A stretch of 64,000 bases of DNA from a virus. This document shows, one piece after another, positions 9,709 through 19,675 of this stretch. Position 1 is the stretch's first letter, and each line of letters opens with the position of its first letter. Under the pieces are notes generated by a model. It searched no databases and was not told the DNA's origin. It saw nothing but the letters and a program-made list of their open reading frames with translations. Location: positions 29,610-93,609 of IMG/VR virus record IMGVR_UViG_3300046373_000069. The stretch is one strand, 5' to 3'. Both the position numbers and the translations under genes were made by a program.

Positions 9709-12700
9709 ATGGCGACGTATAACGTACTAAGTACTGCACCAGTACCGGTTGGCAGTAGCATCACCACTATTCGACTGAAGAGTACCTCTGCTCAAGTCCA
9801 GACCAACGTACCATTCACGTTTGGTCAACCATTTGCTCGTGGCCAGTTCCCGAAGTCCAACGCCGCTGTTGAACTGCGCACCAACAACGGGGAAATCATT
9901 CCTTGTCAGCTGGATGTCAAGGCCACCTTCAAGGATGGCTCGATCAAGCACGCCATCATTTCGGGTATCATTCCATCCCTGCCTGCTGACAAGGATACGT
10001 TCTACAACATTGTCCGCTCTAATTACGTTATTTCCGGTTTGGCACCAGTACCTTCAGACTTCTCAGAGTTCAATACGGTCTTGACCCTGACCAATCATGG
10101 TACGGATCTAGCAGGACCATTAGAAGGTACTACCTACACCGCCGATGCAGCTAAGATCATGGCTTCAGGGAAGTATGACATTCACCTGTCTGGTCCTATT
10201 GTCAGTGAATGGCTCATGCGTGCGCCTTTGGTGGATGCTCAGGGAAATATCCATCCTGAGCTACATGCACGCTACAATATTCGTATGTATAAGGGCATCA
10301 ACAAGGCTAAGATTGACTGTATCGTGGAGAATGGCTGGGTCAAACCATCTAAAAATCCTGTCAACAATGCTTTCGATCTTGGTAGCGTCAATACACACAT
10401 CTATGACTACAACATCAAAGTAGGCAGCGTAACGGTTGATAAGCGAGCTGAAAAGGGTTATCTACGTGCTCGTCTTACTGGTGCTCCGAATACCTATAAT
10501 GGTACTAGCACTGGTGTGCCAAACAACTCGACTGTTTACACCGCAGTGATCACGATTGATGGAGTAGCTAAGCCTATTTCTGTGACTGGTTCCGCAATCC
10601 AGAATTACGGTCAATTGTACGCAGTCATCACCAGTCAACTTGGTGGATTGGGTGTTTGTATTCAGGATGAAACCAATCTAGGTCTTCGTATTGTGTCCAA
10701 TACGACTGGCAGGAATTCCTCAGTTTCGGTAGATTACGGTACCTTATTCCCAGCGCTTGGACACCCGCAGGCGTATCGCCCTATTCGTGGTGACGAACAC
10801 ATTCATTATGTTGCACAGCGCTGGAAGAAAACCTTCTGGTGGAATGGTGAGCCTATGCTTTTCATCGGCCATGATAAGAACTATCTGGTTGATTCTCTAG
10901 CAGTGCCTCCATATATGCGTTCCCTGACGGGTAGCCCTGATGTAAACGCCTATAATAAAAACATGATAGCCACCAATGGCGGTATTGGTCGTAACGGCAT
11001 CATGAAGAAGAACATGTTTGATTTCGGCTATGCCAATTCTATTGGTATTTTTCCTGAATGGGTTGGAGCCTTCGTCATCAGTCAAGATCCAGATTCTAAA
11101 TCGGCCATGCTGGGTATGGCCGATTTGCAGGGTTCATGGCAAGTTCATTCCCGAGAAATCGATACTGATCAATGTCTGAGCTTTACCAAGTGGCCTATGG
11201 TAACGACTTCCCCAAATATTGGGGATAGTAAGAACTACACTACTGGTTTGACGGAGAAGATCCCATTTCTGTCAACGAGTCAGCCTTGGATTCCCAATTG
11301 CGAGAATCTGGCGGATATCTCTCACCATCCAGATTCTGGCTATGTACCTTATCTGGTAACTGGCGACCACTTTTACATGGAAAATATGTTGTCGTATTTT
11401 ATTACGACTTGCGTATGGCAGAACCCACACTACACATGGCGTAATGGGAATCAGGTGTTATTCAGGACAGAACAGGTACGTGCGCAGGCATGGATGTTCC
11501 GTTCCCTAAACCATAACAGGTATCTTCTACCGGATAACCATCCTCATCGCCCTGAGCTTGAATATATCGCAGCCAGTAATGTTGAGTGGTATAACACCAA
11601 CTATGTTGCAGAGTCTGGCCCCGGTCATAGCAAATTTGGTGTTTGGGGTACGCCAGAAACAGGCATGGTTAGTGGACAAGTTAAATCTGCTTTTAGTTTG
11701 TTCATGGAAGTGTTTGCGATTCAATCCATGGGTCGTGCAGTAGAGCTGGGCTTTGAAGAGTTCTTGCCACTCTTTGGATACAAATCCAAGATTATCAAGG
11801 GTTTGCTGACATCAGGGCCAGACTATTGCTGGCAAATGGCAACCACTTACAGAATTCAAATCAAACCCTCCAGTAATGAGCCTGAATTCGATAATTGGAA
11901 TCAGGTTTATTTGGCAACTGTTGACCCTAAAATTTCTTCTAAGGTATGCGGCTCAGTTGAAATGGGTATTGCCATTGGTGAAGGGCAGAATAATATGGTT
12001 GGTTATCCACTGGATGTGGGTGGATATCCTGCCAATATGCAGCCAGCTGTGGCATACTGCGATACATTTGACATGCCTGGTGGCAAAGATGCATGGCTTG
12101 TATTTGATTCGAGGGTTAAAAAAGCCAATTACAACTTGGGTCCGCAATTTGGCATCGAACCGCGTACTTTCATCGCATCAACGGTTACACCCGTACCTGC
12201 GGACCCCACTGTACCCCCAACTATAGGCAAAAAATCAATGTCTCTTGCAGATCGCGTAAAAGATAGCACCACCACAACGGGCACAGGTGCATTAACACTA
12301 CTGGGTACCTCGGAAACGAACTTCCGCCCATTCCTCACACCACCTGTGAAGATTGGAGATATTGTCCCTGTCTCTATTATTCACCGCACCCTCCCCGAAT
12401 GGGAAAACGGGGAATACACTCTGACATCGGCTTTGCAGCTGACCCCCCTCAGGGTGACATCCAGCTCCAATAATAATCAGAAAGTCAGCTTCAGCGCAGG
12501 CGTCAAGGATGTCGCATTGACTCTTACAGCCGATTATCTGTCAAAGCTGGCAGGCGTTAACAACACTGTTGCCAATACGTTCGGGGATACAACAACTACG
12601 AAGCTTATGCTAGATGTCAACGGAGTTCCAACTAGTATTTCGTTGAATGATGCATCTGACACATTTGCTGACCTTCCAACTTTACCGTTGCCTGCCGTTG

Positions 12701-13857
12701 GCACCGACCAAGTGTGGACATACCGTGGTGGTGTGGACTATCGAACGACACTTAATGCCATTGCAGCGGCTGTTGCCGCCATTAATGGTGTAACACCACA
12801 AGATACATTGGCCCCTACACTTTCTAGCGCGAAAGTCTCAGGCATAAATGCAGCCAGTGCAACGGGTACAGTTATCACTGACGAAGCTAACGGCACAATG
12901 TATTGCTTGGCGTTGACAACAAATACGACTACAGCAGCTGCGGTGAAAGCAAGTTCGTTCACCCAAGCGGTTACGTCCACAGGTACTAAGACATTCAATG
13001 TCACGAGCCTGACAGCTTCTACACAATACTACTTGCATTTTGTACACGTAGACGCTATTGGCAATACTTCGGCTATCATGACATCTGACAGCTTCACAAC
13101 ACTGGCAACTGCTGACACAACGGCCCCAACGCTGAGTTCGCCTACAGCCACACAGACAGGTCCAACGACTGCATCTGGCACTGTTTCCACAACAGAGTCT
13201 AACGGTACGCTCTACCGGATGATTAGCGTAAACGCCACTGAAACTGCGGCAGCTGTGAAGGCAGCTAACCTTACATCCACCGTATCCGCTGTGGGTACGC
13301 AGAGTGTCACATTCACTGGCTTGACCGCCAACACGCAGTATTATGCCCACTATGTCCACCATGATGCTGCGGGTAATGATTCTGTTGTGGCGAACAGCGC
13401 AGCGTTTACGACGGCTGCTGCCGCTGAAGTACTGTATGACATTTCGGCATATAACGCATCCTCGACTCCTCTGGCAACGTTGGATGGCAGCAAGGTAGTA
13501 CCGTCCCATATCTACGGGGGTAAAAACGGCTACGCAGCCGGCCCGACAAATTCTAGCTATTGGAATATTAAGCTTCGTGGCACTAACACGAACGCCAGCG
13601 GGGCTGTCATGGGTTGGAGCTTCTCGGCAACGACCCCGCCGCAAGTGTGGGATGGTACGGGCACCAACCCCAACCTCAATAACGTCAATCCCGACAACTA
13701 TGCGGTACCTATCGGCTTCAACGGTACGGCCTTCTTCAACGCATCGGATCTCTGGATTGCGCCGGGCTTTACTGGTAAGGCTTATCTGTGGGTTCGTGGC
13801 CAAGATGGTGCTTGGTATAATCCTAACCCAAGTGGCATGACTATTACGGGGGTCTGA
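9709..13857 (+). CDS. Large chimeric putative virion protein: lyase-like (PcRGLX/YetA-like) N-region, tail-gene-like domain, two FN3-like repeats
   Basis: VPFTFGQPF...DGSIKHAIISG, HHPDSGYVPYLVTGDHFY, QVRAQAW; Pro/Thr linker; LADRVKDSTTTTGTG; two DTxAPTLSS...YYxHxVHxDAxGN repeats. Confidence 0.6.
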   Translation: MATYNVLSTAPVPVGSSITTIRLKSTSAQVQTNVPFTFGQPFARGQFPKSNAAVELRTNNGEIIPCQLDVKATFKDGSIKHAIISGIIPSLPADKDTFYNIVRSNYVISGLAPVPSDFSEFNTVLTLTNHGTDLAGPLEGTTYTADAAKIMASGKYDIHLSGPIVSEWLMRAPLVDAQGNIHPELHARYNIRMYKGINKAKIDCIVENGWVKPSKNPVNNAFDLGSVNTHIYDYNIKVGSVTVDKRAEKGYLRARLTGAPNTYNGTSTGVPNNSTVYTAVITIDGVAKPISVTGSAIQNYGQLYAVITSQLGGLGVCIQDETNLGLRIVSNTTGRNSSVSVDYGTLFPALGHPQAYRPIRGDEHIHYVAQRWKKTFWWNGEPMLFIGHDKNYLVDSLAVPPYMRSLTGSPDVNAYNKNMIATNGGIGRNGIMKKNMFDFGYANSIGIFPEWVGAFVISQDPDSKSAMLGMADLQGSWQVHSREIDTDQCLSFTKWPMVTTSPNIGDSKNYTTGLTEKIPFLSTSQPWIPNCENLADISHHPDSGYVPYLVTGDHFYMENMLSYFITTCVWQNPHYTWRNGNQVLFRTEQVRAQAWMFRSLNHNRYLLPDNHPHRPELEYIAASNVEWYNTNYVAESGPGHSKFGVWGTPETGMVSGQVKSAFSLFMEVFAIQSMGRAVELGFEEFLPLFGYKSKIIKGLLTSGPDYCWQMATTYRIQIKPSSNEPEFDNWNQVYLATVDPKISSKVCGSVEMGIAIGEGQNNMVGYPLDVGGYPANMQPAVAYCDTFDMPGGKDAWLVFDSRVKKANYNLGPQFGIEPRTFIASTVTPVPADPTVPPTIGKKSMSLADRVKDSTTTTGTGALTLLGTSETNFRPFLTPPVKIGDIVPVSIIHRTLPEWENGEYTLTSALQLTPLRVTSSSNNNQKVSFSAGVKDVALTLTADYLSKLAGVNNTVANTFGDTTTTKLMLDVNGVPTSISLNDASDTFADLPTLPLPAVGTDQVWTYRGGVDYRTTLNAIAAAVAAINGVTPQDTLAPTLSSAKVSGINAASATGTVITDEANGTMYCLALTTNTTTAAAVKASSFTQAVTSTGTKTFNVTSLTASTQYYLHFVHVDAIGNTSAIMTSDSFTTLATADTTAPTLSSPTATQTGPTTASGTVSTTESNGTLYRMISVNATETAAAVKAANLTSTVSAVGTQSVTFTGLTANTQYYAHYVHHDAAGNDSVVANSAAFTTAAAAEVLYDISAYNASSTPLATLDGSKVVPSHIYGGKNGYAAGPTNSSYWNIKLRGTNTNASGAVMGWSFSATTPPQVWDGTGTNPNLNNVNPDNYAVPIGFNGTAFFNASDLWIAPGFTGKAYLWVRGQDGAWYNPNPSGMTITGV

Positions 13858-15425
13858 TGAAGTTTCTAACGTCAGGCGCGGGGAAGTTAATATTCAGGAA
13901 TGGTAAATTTGTGAGCCTTGCGCAAGGCTCACAACCTGTTGAGCCTACGCCACCCCCACCGTCAACAGGAATGACGACACTGACGCTTGTAGACATTGAT
14001 AAAGATCAGCGGCTGTATCAACGCGATACAGCCGGTTTTTATGATGTTACAGTGGCTGGTACGAGCGACGCTACAAATGCTGTTCAGGCTCGTGCTATTG
14101 ATTCCTACACTGGGGCAGTGGTGGTTGATTGGACAACCGTTGCCGTGCCATCAGGAGGCTCTTATTCAGGTAAGTTGCGCTGCCCTGCAAGGATTCGCCC
14201 ATGTAAGCTAGAAGTCCGAGATGCTGTCAACACGTCGTCAGTTAAGACAGGGGCTAATCGCTTCTATGTTGGCGCCCATTGGATTCTCTGGGGGCAATCG
14301 AATGCTGTCAACTGGCCGGGGGGAGTTTACAAATATCCTCTCGGCGGGCAGGGTTCGTTGACCTACTACGCGGGCTACAAGTTCGTCCGGGCTGGCTACA
14401 TTCTAGACACCTACGAGTCGAATAAGCTGCACAGCAGCTACTCAACTGTCAACAGCTTCCCTGCTGGCTCAGCTACAGTGCAAGACGGAGCTGTTAAAGC
14501 AGATGGTATCGTCTATATGCTCAATATCTTATCTGAAGCGCTGAATTGTGCAGTATGTATTACTACTAGCGCAACAGGTGGTCAAGGTATCGGCTTCTGG
14601 GCGCCGGGGCAAACAGGCTGGACGAATCTGACAACTGCTGTGATGGAAATCGGTGGAGATGCAGAAGGCGCAATACTGTATCAAGGTGAAGCTGATGCAT
14701 CGTTCTCAGGAACAACAACAGAGAATTACATGTCGGCACTTGCATCCCGGCAATCACAGTTCCATTCTCTTACCGGGCGTACGGCGTCAACCTTTAAGTT
14801 TGGTGTAGTCTCATTGGGTGCTGTCAATGCCAATGGCGGTTATGTCGCCTCTATTGATAAGGTGAGGGCTGCTGAAATTCAGTTTGCTAACAACACACCG
14901 GGTGCGTTCCTGCTTGCGGCTAACCATGACTCGAAGACTAGTGATGGTGTTCACGTTGTCGGTATATCGTTCTCTCACCTTGGCGCGGCTGGGGGTAAAA
15001 CACTAGCTTATCAATATGGAGTAGGTGTATCAGGTGCAGGCCCTCGCGTTGTTAGCGCAACTCGCACTGGTGCCGAAATTACTCTCACCGTACAGCATGC
15101 TGGGGGTACAAACTTGCTAGATGGTGCGGGAGGCTCTGGAACGGCGCTTACAGGTTTCCGAGTGAGAGACGCCGGCACTGCTGCGGTTATCAGTGCAACG
15201 GCGATCACAGGACCAATAACAATTAAGCTCACATTATCGGCAGTGCCTTCGGGGACTGTAACGGTGGATTACGGCATGATTCCAGCGCCGCATTCACCTG
15301 ACCAAAGTAGCACAACAGTTGACCCTGTGTGGGCATCTGCCGTGTACGACAATGTTGTGCTAGTTAATCAGGACCGTGGATGCATTCTGCAACCATTTGC
15401 CGCAATCAATGTAACAGGAGGCTAA
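13857..15425 (+). CDS. SASA/DUF303-type carbohydrate O-acetylesterase (SGNH) with Ig-like flanks
   Basis: LWGQSN, LYQGEAD and SDGVH motifs. Confidence 0.8.
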   Translation: MKFLTSGAGKLIFRNGKFVSLAQGSQPVEPTPPPPSTGMTTLTLVDIDKDQRLYQRDTAGFYDVTVAGTSDATNAVQARAIDSYTGAVVVDWTTVAVPSGGSYSGKLRCPARIRPCKLEVRDAVNTSSVKTGANRFYVGAHWILWGQSNAVNWPGGVYKYPLGGQGSLTYYAGYKFVRAGYILDTYESNKLHSSYSTVNSFPAGSATVQDGAVKADGIVYMLNILSEALNCAVCITTSATGGQGIGFWAPGQTGWTNLTTAVMEIGGDAEGAILYQGEADASFSGTTTENYMSALASRQSQFHSLTGRTASTFKFGVVSLGAVNANGGYVASIDKVRAAEIQFANNTPGAFLLAANHDSKTSDGVHVVGISFSHLGAAGGKTLAYQYGVGVSGAGPRVVSATRTGAEITLTVQHAGGTNLLDGAGGSGTALTGFRVRDAGTAAVISATAITGPITIKLTLSAVPSGTVTVDYGMIPAPHSPDQSSTTVDPVWASAVYDNVVLVNQDRGCILQPFAAINVTGG

Positions 15426-15426
15426 T

Positions 15427-16440
15427 ATGCTCGGGTATGGAACCATTGGACAAGGTTCAGTAGGGGCCTCTGTGCTATCTACAGCACCAGCCATCCAGAA
15501 CGACAGTGAAGCCCCTGTTATTCCGGGCGCACTCGTAGTTTCTGCGGTAAGCTCAGCCGGGTTCACTGTGGAGTGGCAGGGTGCATCGGATAATATTGGA
15601 GTAACTGGCTACGAAATTAGTGTTGATGTCGGCACAGTAGCTTATCTCGACTACGGTATGGTTTTGGCCGTGAACTTTGGAAACCTGCTACCCGGCACAT
15701 CCTACACTGTAAGGGTGAGGGCGTATGATGCAGCTAAGAACAAGTCTACGCCTCTCACAACACAGGTAACTACGTCTGCACCTGTCGATATTGCCAAGCC
15801 TGTGTGGAGTGCAGGAAGCGTTGTTAGTGTCACCTCTCTTACATCGTCAGCGCTAACGGCAGCTTGGCCTGCGGCGGTAGATAATGTAGGTGTTGTTTCC
15901 TACGAGGTAAGTGTAGATACAGGTACACCGAACTATGCCCCTGTGGTTGGGGGGCGGCTGAAGACATTCTCTGGGCTTCTGAGCGGCACCACGTACAACG
16001 TCCGTGTACGGGCTGTAGATGCGACTGGCAATACGTCTCCACCACTAACAGCTGCTGTTGTAACTAGCGGAGTTGCACCTGTGGGGGATGCTATTGCTGG
16101 CGTTTCAAAGGTGGCTACAGCCCCAGTAGTCGTGCAAATGTCTCCGCTTTCTGCATCACCAGTGGGTATATCCTATAGGCAGGGGTCTGGTCAGGAACTT
16201 GTCCTATTCAATAATAGTGACACTTCTGTTGTGACAAACCTGCAGGGCAGCAGCGCTGGGCGTGTTACGACGAAGGGCTTGGCAGGAGTCACAATTGATT
16301 TGTCAGGAGGTTTGCCTATCAATGTACCTGCTCGGCAGTTTGTTACTCTGAAACTAGACAATGCGAGCGCCTATTTGGCTGGCAACGTTACGCTTACGGC
16401 AAATACTAGCGGCACAGTGTTTGCAGGGGTCTTGCAATAG
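15427..16440 (+). CDS. Two FN3 domains plus a C-terminal domain paralogous to 17367..17738
   Basis: SDNIGVTGYE...YTVRVRAYDAAKNKS and VDNVGVVSYE...YNVRVRAVDATGNTS repeats. Confidence 0.75.
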   Translation: MLGYGTIGQGSVGASVLSTAPAIQNDSEAPVIPGALVVSAVSSAGFTVEWQGASDNIGVTGYEISVDVGTVAYLDYGMVLAVNFGNLLPGTSYTVRVRAYDAAKNKSTPLTTQVTTSAPVDIAKPVWSAGSVVSVTSLTSSALTAAWPAAVDNVGVVSYEVSVDTGTPNYAPVVGGRLKTFSGLLSGTTYNVRVRAVDATGNTSPPLTAAVVTSGVAPVGDAIAGVSKVATAPVVVQMSPLSASPVGISYRQGSGQELVLFNNSDTSVVTNLQGSSAGRVTTKGLAGVTIDLSGGLPINVPARQFVTLKLDNASAYLAGNVTLTANTSGTVFAGVLQ

Positions 16441-16473
16441 CACTCGTAACGTGCTCTTAAGCATTGTTTCTTC

Positions 16474-16502
16474 TTGACAAAACACGCCCCTTGTGCTATA
16501 AT
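16474..16502 (+). promoter_or_regulatory. Consensus sigma70 promoter for the neck/tail operon
   Basis: TTGACA(16474-16479)-17 bp-TATAAT(16497-16502) with extended -10 TG. Confidence 0.85.
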
Positions 16503-16522
16503 CTTACTAATCGAGGAAACAC

Positions 16523-16969
16523 ATGACAAGCTTTGTTTTGGATATTAAGGCGTTTGAAGAGCAGGCTCTGTTGATGGCTAATAAGAGTGTCTGCAACGCC
16601 TTTGAAGAGATTGCTACAGGCGCTGTCGTAGAGTCCCCTGACCCTCCGGGTATTGGGGGATTTTCCAAAGGTCTGCTGAAGAATAGTTGGTATCCAGAAG
16701 TAGGCGGTATTGACAACACAGTGGGTACAGTTGCTAACCCAACAGGTGCTGACAGCCTCTCTCGCATCAAGGCTGTTACAAGCATCTTCCCCTTCTACGG
16801 TAAAGACAACTTCGTCACGCTTACGAATTCTGTTGAGCACGCTTATAGGAGCGAGTTCATCGGATGGCCTGCGGGCGAAGGTGCGAACGGTTTCGTATGG
16901 AGTGGTCGCGTCGGACCCTACGCTATGGTGCAAACCGCCATCACTAACTACAGGGCCAAACACATATGA
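16523..16969 (+). CDS. Neck/tail completion protein (HK97 gp10-like)
   Basis: GLLKNSW and LTNSVEHAYRSEFIGW motifs; position. Confidence 0.65.
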   Translation: MTSFVLDIKAFEEQALLMANKSVCNAFEEIATGAVVESPDPPGIGGFSKGLLKNSWYPEVGGIDNTVGTVANPTGADSLSRIKAVTSIFPFYGKDNFVTLTNSVEHAYRSEFIGWPAGEGANGFVWSGRVGPYAMVQTAITNYRAKHI

Positions 16970-17367
16970 GCATAGTTGTCGTACGCAGCACAATCACAAA
17001 AGCTCTCGTAGAGTGGGCCAATGCAAAGGCGCTCCCCGTAGCACGAGAGCGCCAACCTTTCACGAAGCCTGCTAACAACGGCACATTCATCGAACTTAAC
17101 ATCATCCCAGCCAAGACAATCTTAGCATCCATTGACGGAGAACGCAAGCGTTATGTTGGCGATGTCATTATCAATATTTGGTGTAAGGATGGGCAAGGTA
17201 CTGGCACGGCTGAGAAGCTTGCTGAAGAGCTTGCTGAGTTGTTCTCTGTAGTGCCTAAGAAGCAGATGCCTGTGAGTGTTGAGGAAGTGCCTAGTATTCG
17301 TAGGCCACTTGCAGACGCGGGTTATCTTATTTTGCCCGTTACATTTTCATATAGGCTCGAAGCGTAA
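16966..17367 (+). CDS. Tail terminator protein
   Basis: 133 aa; G.GTG.AEKLAEELAELF pattern; upstream of the tail tube. Confidence 0.7.
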   Translation: MSIVVVRSTITKALVEWANAKALPVARERQPFTKPANNGTFIELNIIPAKTILASIDGERKRYVGDVIINIWCKDGQGTGTAEKLAEELAELFSVVPKKQMPVSVEEVPSIRRPLADAGYLILPVTFSYRLEA

Positions 17368-17738
17368 TGGCTAAAGTACCTGTCTCATCTAAGAACGCCA
17401 CTACGGCAGTTCTGCTCAATTCGATTTACCTATCAACTTCTGGTGACACCCTCACTTACCTACCCAACACCGGGCAAGAACTCTGGATGTTTAACACCAG
17501 CGGTAATGCTGTTACGGTGAACATTGATGGAGCAGCCGGGACGGTTGTAACCATTCCAGGCACAGCCGGGACTACTTTGAATGTTGCTCCCGGTCTCCCT
17601 ATTAACATCCCTGCCTACTCTTTCGCTTATCTAAGTCTAGATAAGGCGGAGAGGTTCCTTCAGGGGGTTGTGGCAATCACAGCTTCCACAGGGGCAGTCA
17701 TTCGAGCAGTAACCGTATCTCCACTCTCATTCTCTTAG
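17367..17738 (+). CDS. Small beta-rich structural protein
   Basis: 123 aa; translationally coupled within the tail operon. Confidence 0.55.
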   Translation: MAKVPVSSKNATTAVLLNSIYLSTSGDTLTYLPNTGQELWMFNTSGNAVTVNIDGAAGTVVTIPGTAGTTLNVAPGLPINIPAYSFAYLSLDKAERFLQGVVAITASTGAVIRAVTVSPLSFS

Positions 17739-17751
17739 AAAGAAATATCAA

Positions 17752-18207
17752 ATGGCCGTTATCACATTTAGCTCCGCTGGCACCAAAGTTTCGCTTTCGT
17801 CCGGCAAACCGACTGGTGCTCCTTCCGCCACCACCCTTTCCGCCCTGACGTACACCGAAATCGGCGGTGTGTCCGAAGTCGGAATGCTGGGTCCAGAATC
17901 GTCGGTTATCGTATTCAACCCTTTGAGCGATAATATTAGCTATAAACAAAAGGGTCAAAAGAACGCTGGTGCACTGGATTGCAAGGGTGCCCTTAACAAT
18001 GAAGACGCAGGCCAAATTCTGCTGCAAGCTGCTGAGGCTTCGCCTGAAGAGTACGCACTGAAGATTGAACTGACTAACGGTTCGACATTGTACTGCATGA
18101 TTTTGGTCACAAGTTTCAAGACGAATATCGGTAACTCGGGCCAGATTACGATGTTTGAATCGAAGCTCGAAATCAGCGGTAATGTCTTTACTCAAGCTGC
18201 TGCTTAA
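17752..18207 (+). CDS. Major tail tube protein
   Basis: AGTKVSLS...YTEIGGVSEVG...DAGQILLQAA motifs of siphovirus tubes. Confidence 0.8.
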   Translation: MAVITFSSAGTKVSLSSGKPTGAPSATTLSALTYTEIGGVSEVGMLGPESSVIVFNPLSDNISYKQKGQKNAGALDCKGALNNEDAGQILLQAAEASPEEYALKIELTNGSTLYCMILVTSFKTNIGNSGQITMFESKLEISGNVFTQAAA

Positions 18208-18283
18208 GAGTTAGCTAGTTTTGCACGCGGGCGTTGCTGGCATTTTCACCAGCCGCCCATCCGTGCCTTTAATAGGGTGCGAG

Positions 18284-19237
18284 ATGCCGAAGCAAAAAAC
18301 TCAAGAAGAATGGTTAAATAGCATACCCAAAGAACACAAGGATAAGTTTGATTACAGCAAGGCTGTCTATACTAAGTCTCAAAACAAAGTTCTACTAACG
18401 TGTAAGAAATGCAGTACAGAATTTATGCAGCGGGCTGATATGAACACAAGAGGCGTTGGCTGTAAGGTCTGTCAACATAGGGCGCTACACGCCAGTCTTG
18501 TCCATACAAAGGAGATGTTCATTGAACGTAGCCAAGAAGAGTTTGGCGATAAGTACGGTTACGAGCTTGTTAAGTATGTGGATAAATACACGAAAGTCGA
18601 TATCATCTGTAGGAAGGAAGGGCACGGTATTTTCCAAGTCACGCCTGCCAATCTGAAGAAGGGACGACACTCGTGCCCCAAGTGTGCTGGGGAAGCAATT
18701 TCAAAAGCCCACCGTAAAACGCAAGAAGATTTCGTTGAAGAGTGTCGAGCACTGTGCGCAGAAGGCATCACGTTTGAGCACGTAAAGTACTCAGGAGATA
18801 AAACTAATGTGATGTTCAACTGCGCCACACACGGCATTTTTGATATGCTACCCGGTAACTTCCTTAAGGGGTGCCGCTGCCCATCATGTGCAAGCTACGG
18901 GTACAGAAAGGCGCTCCCCGGTAGATTCTACATTTTATCGGATGGCTACACCACAAAGGTCGGTGTCACCAATAAGGAACCTGAATATAGGGCTAAATCG
19001 GTGGCTAAGACGGGTGGTCCAATTATGGACATCATGGTGAACATGTTCTTTGCAGATGGCGCAATGCCCTTGAAGATTGAAACTGCTTGCCTTCGCTACT
19101 TAAAGACAAAATACAAATCCCCAAGTAGCACATTCGACGGTGCTACTGAGTGCTTCCTAGGTGTGGATATCCCAGACCTTCTAAATTTTATCTCACCAAT
19201 CGCATCAACCGCAGAGCTGGAACAATCCGGCCTTTAA
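18284..19237 (+). mobile_element. Homing endonuclease-like protein: three Zn-ribbon repeats and a C-terminal GIY-YIG-like domain
   Basis: Repeated Y....KV.I.C..HG.F..P.N...G..CP.C units; FYIL...KVGVT...R...E...TECF. Confidence 0.75.
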
Positions 19238-19258
19238 CTACTACCAAAGGATCAAAAC

Positions 19259-19675
19259 ATGTCGTTCAATATTCTCGCTACTAACCTGCAACTGCAAGAC
19301 ACCACTACCCTCCATCTGCGCAACCCTGCCACCGACGAGCCACTGTACGCTGACGAAGCAGAGACGAAGCCACTGGAACTGGTTCTGTACGGTAAAGCTA
19401 GTAAGGTTCATCGTTCGTGGCTTACTCAAGCTATGCGGCGCGCTGAGCTTGAGCAGAAGTCCAAAAAGAAAGCAAAGACTGCTGAGGAACTGCTTGCAGA
19501 GAACGCTAAGTTCTTCGCTACGATGACTAAAGAGATTCGTAACTTTGACCTCGACGGTCGTGCTCTGGACAATAAGGAGGCTTTTGAAGCGCTATTTTCG
19601 GATACCCGCTTGCTGTGGATTGGAGAACAAGTTGCCGAAGCTCTGGGGGATGTTGAAGGTTTTTTGGCGAAATAA
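19259..19675 (+). CDS. Tail assembly chaperone (G-like)
   Basis: Between tube and tape measure; ends at slippery GGTTTTTTG. Confidence 0.8.
   Translation: MSFNILATNLQLQDTTTLHLRNPATDEPLYADEAETKPLELVLYGKASKVHRSWLTQAMRRAELEQKSKKKAKTAEELLAENAKFFATMTKEIRNFDLDGRALDNKEAFEALFSDTRLLWIGEQVAEALGDVEGFLAK

Noticed and set aside
12838-13803. 321-aa antisense ORF, and similar ones across the tape measure and nrdA
   Set aside because: Opposite well-supported genes; implausible composition
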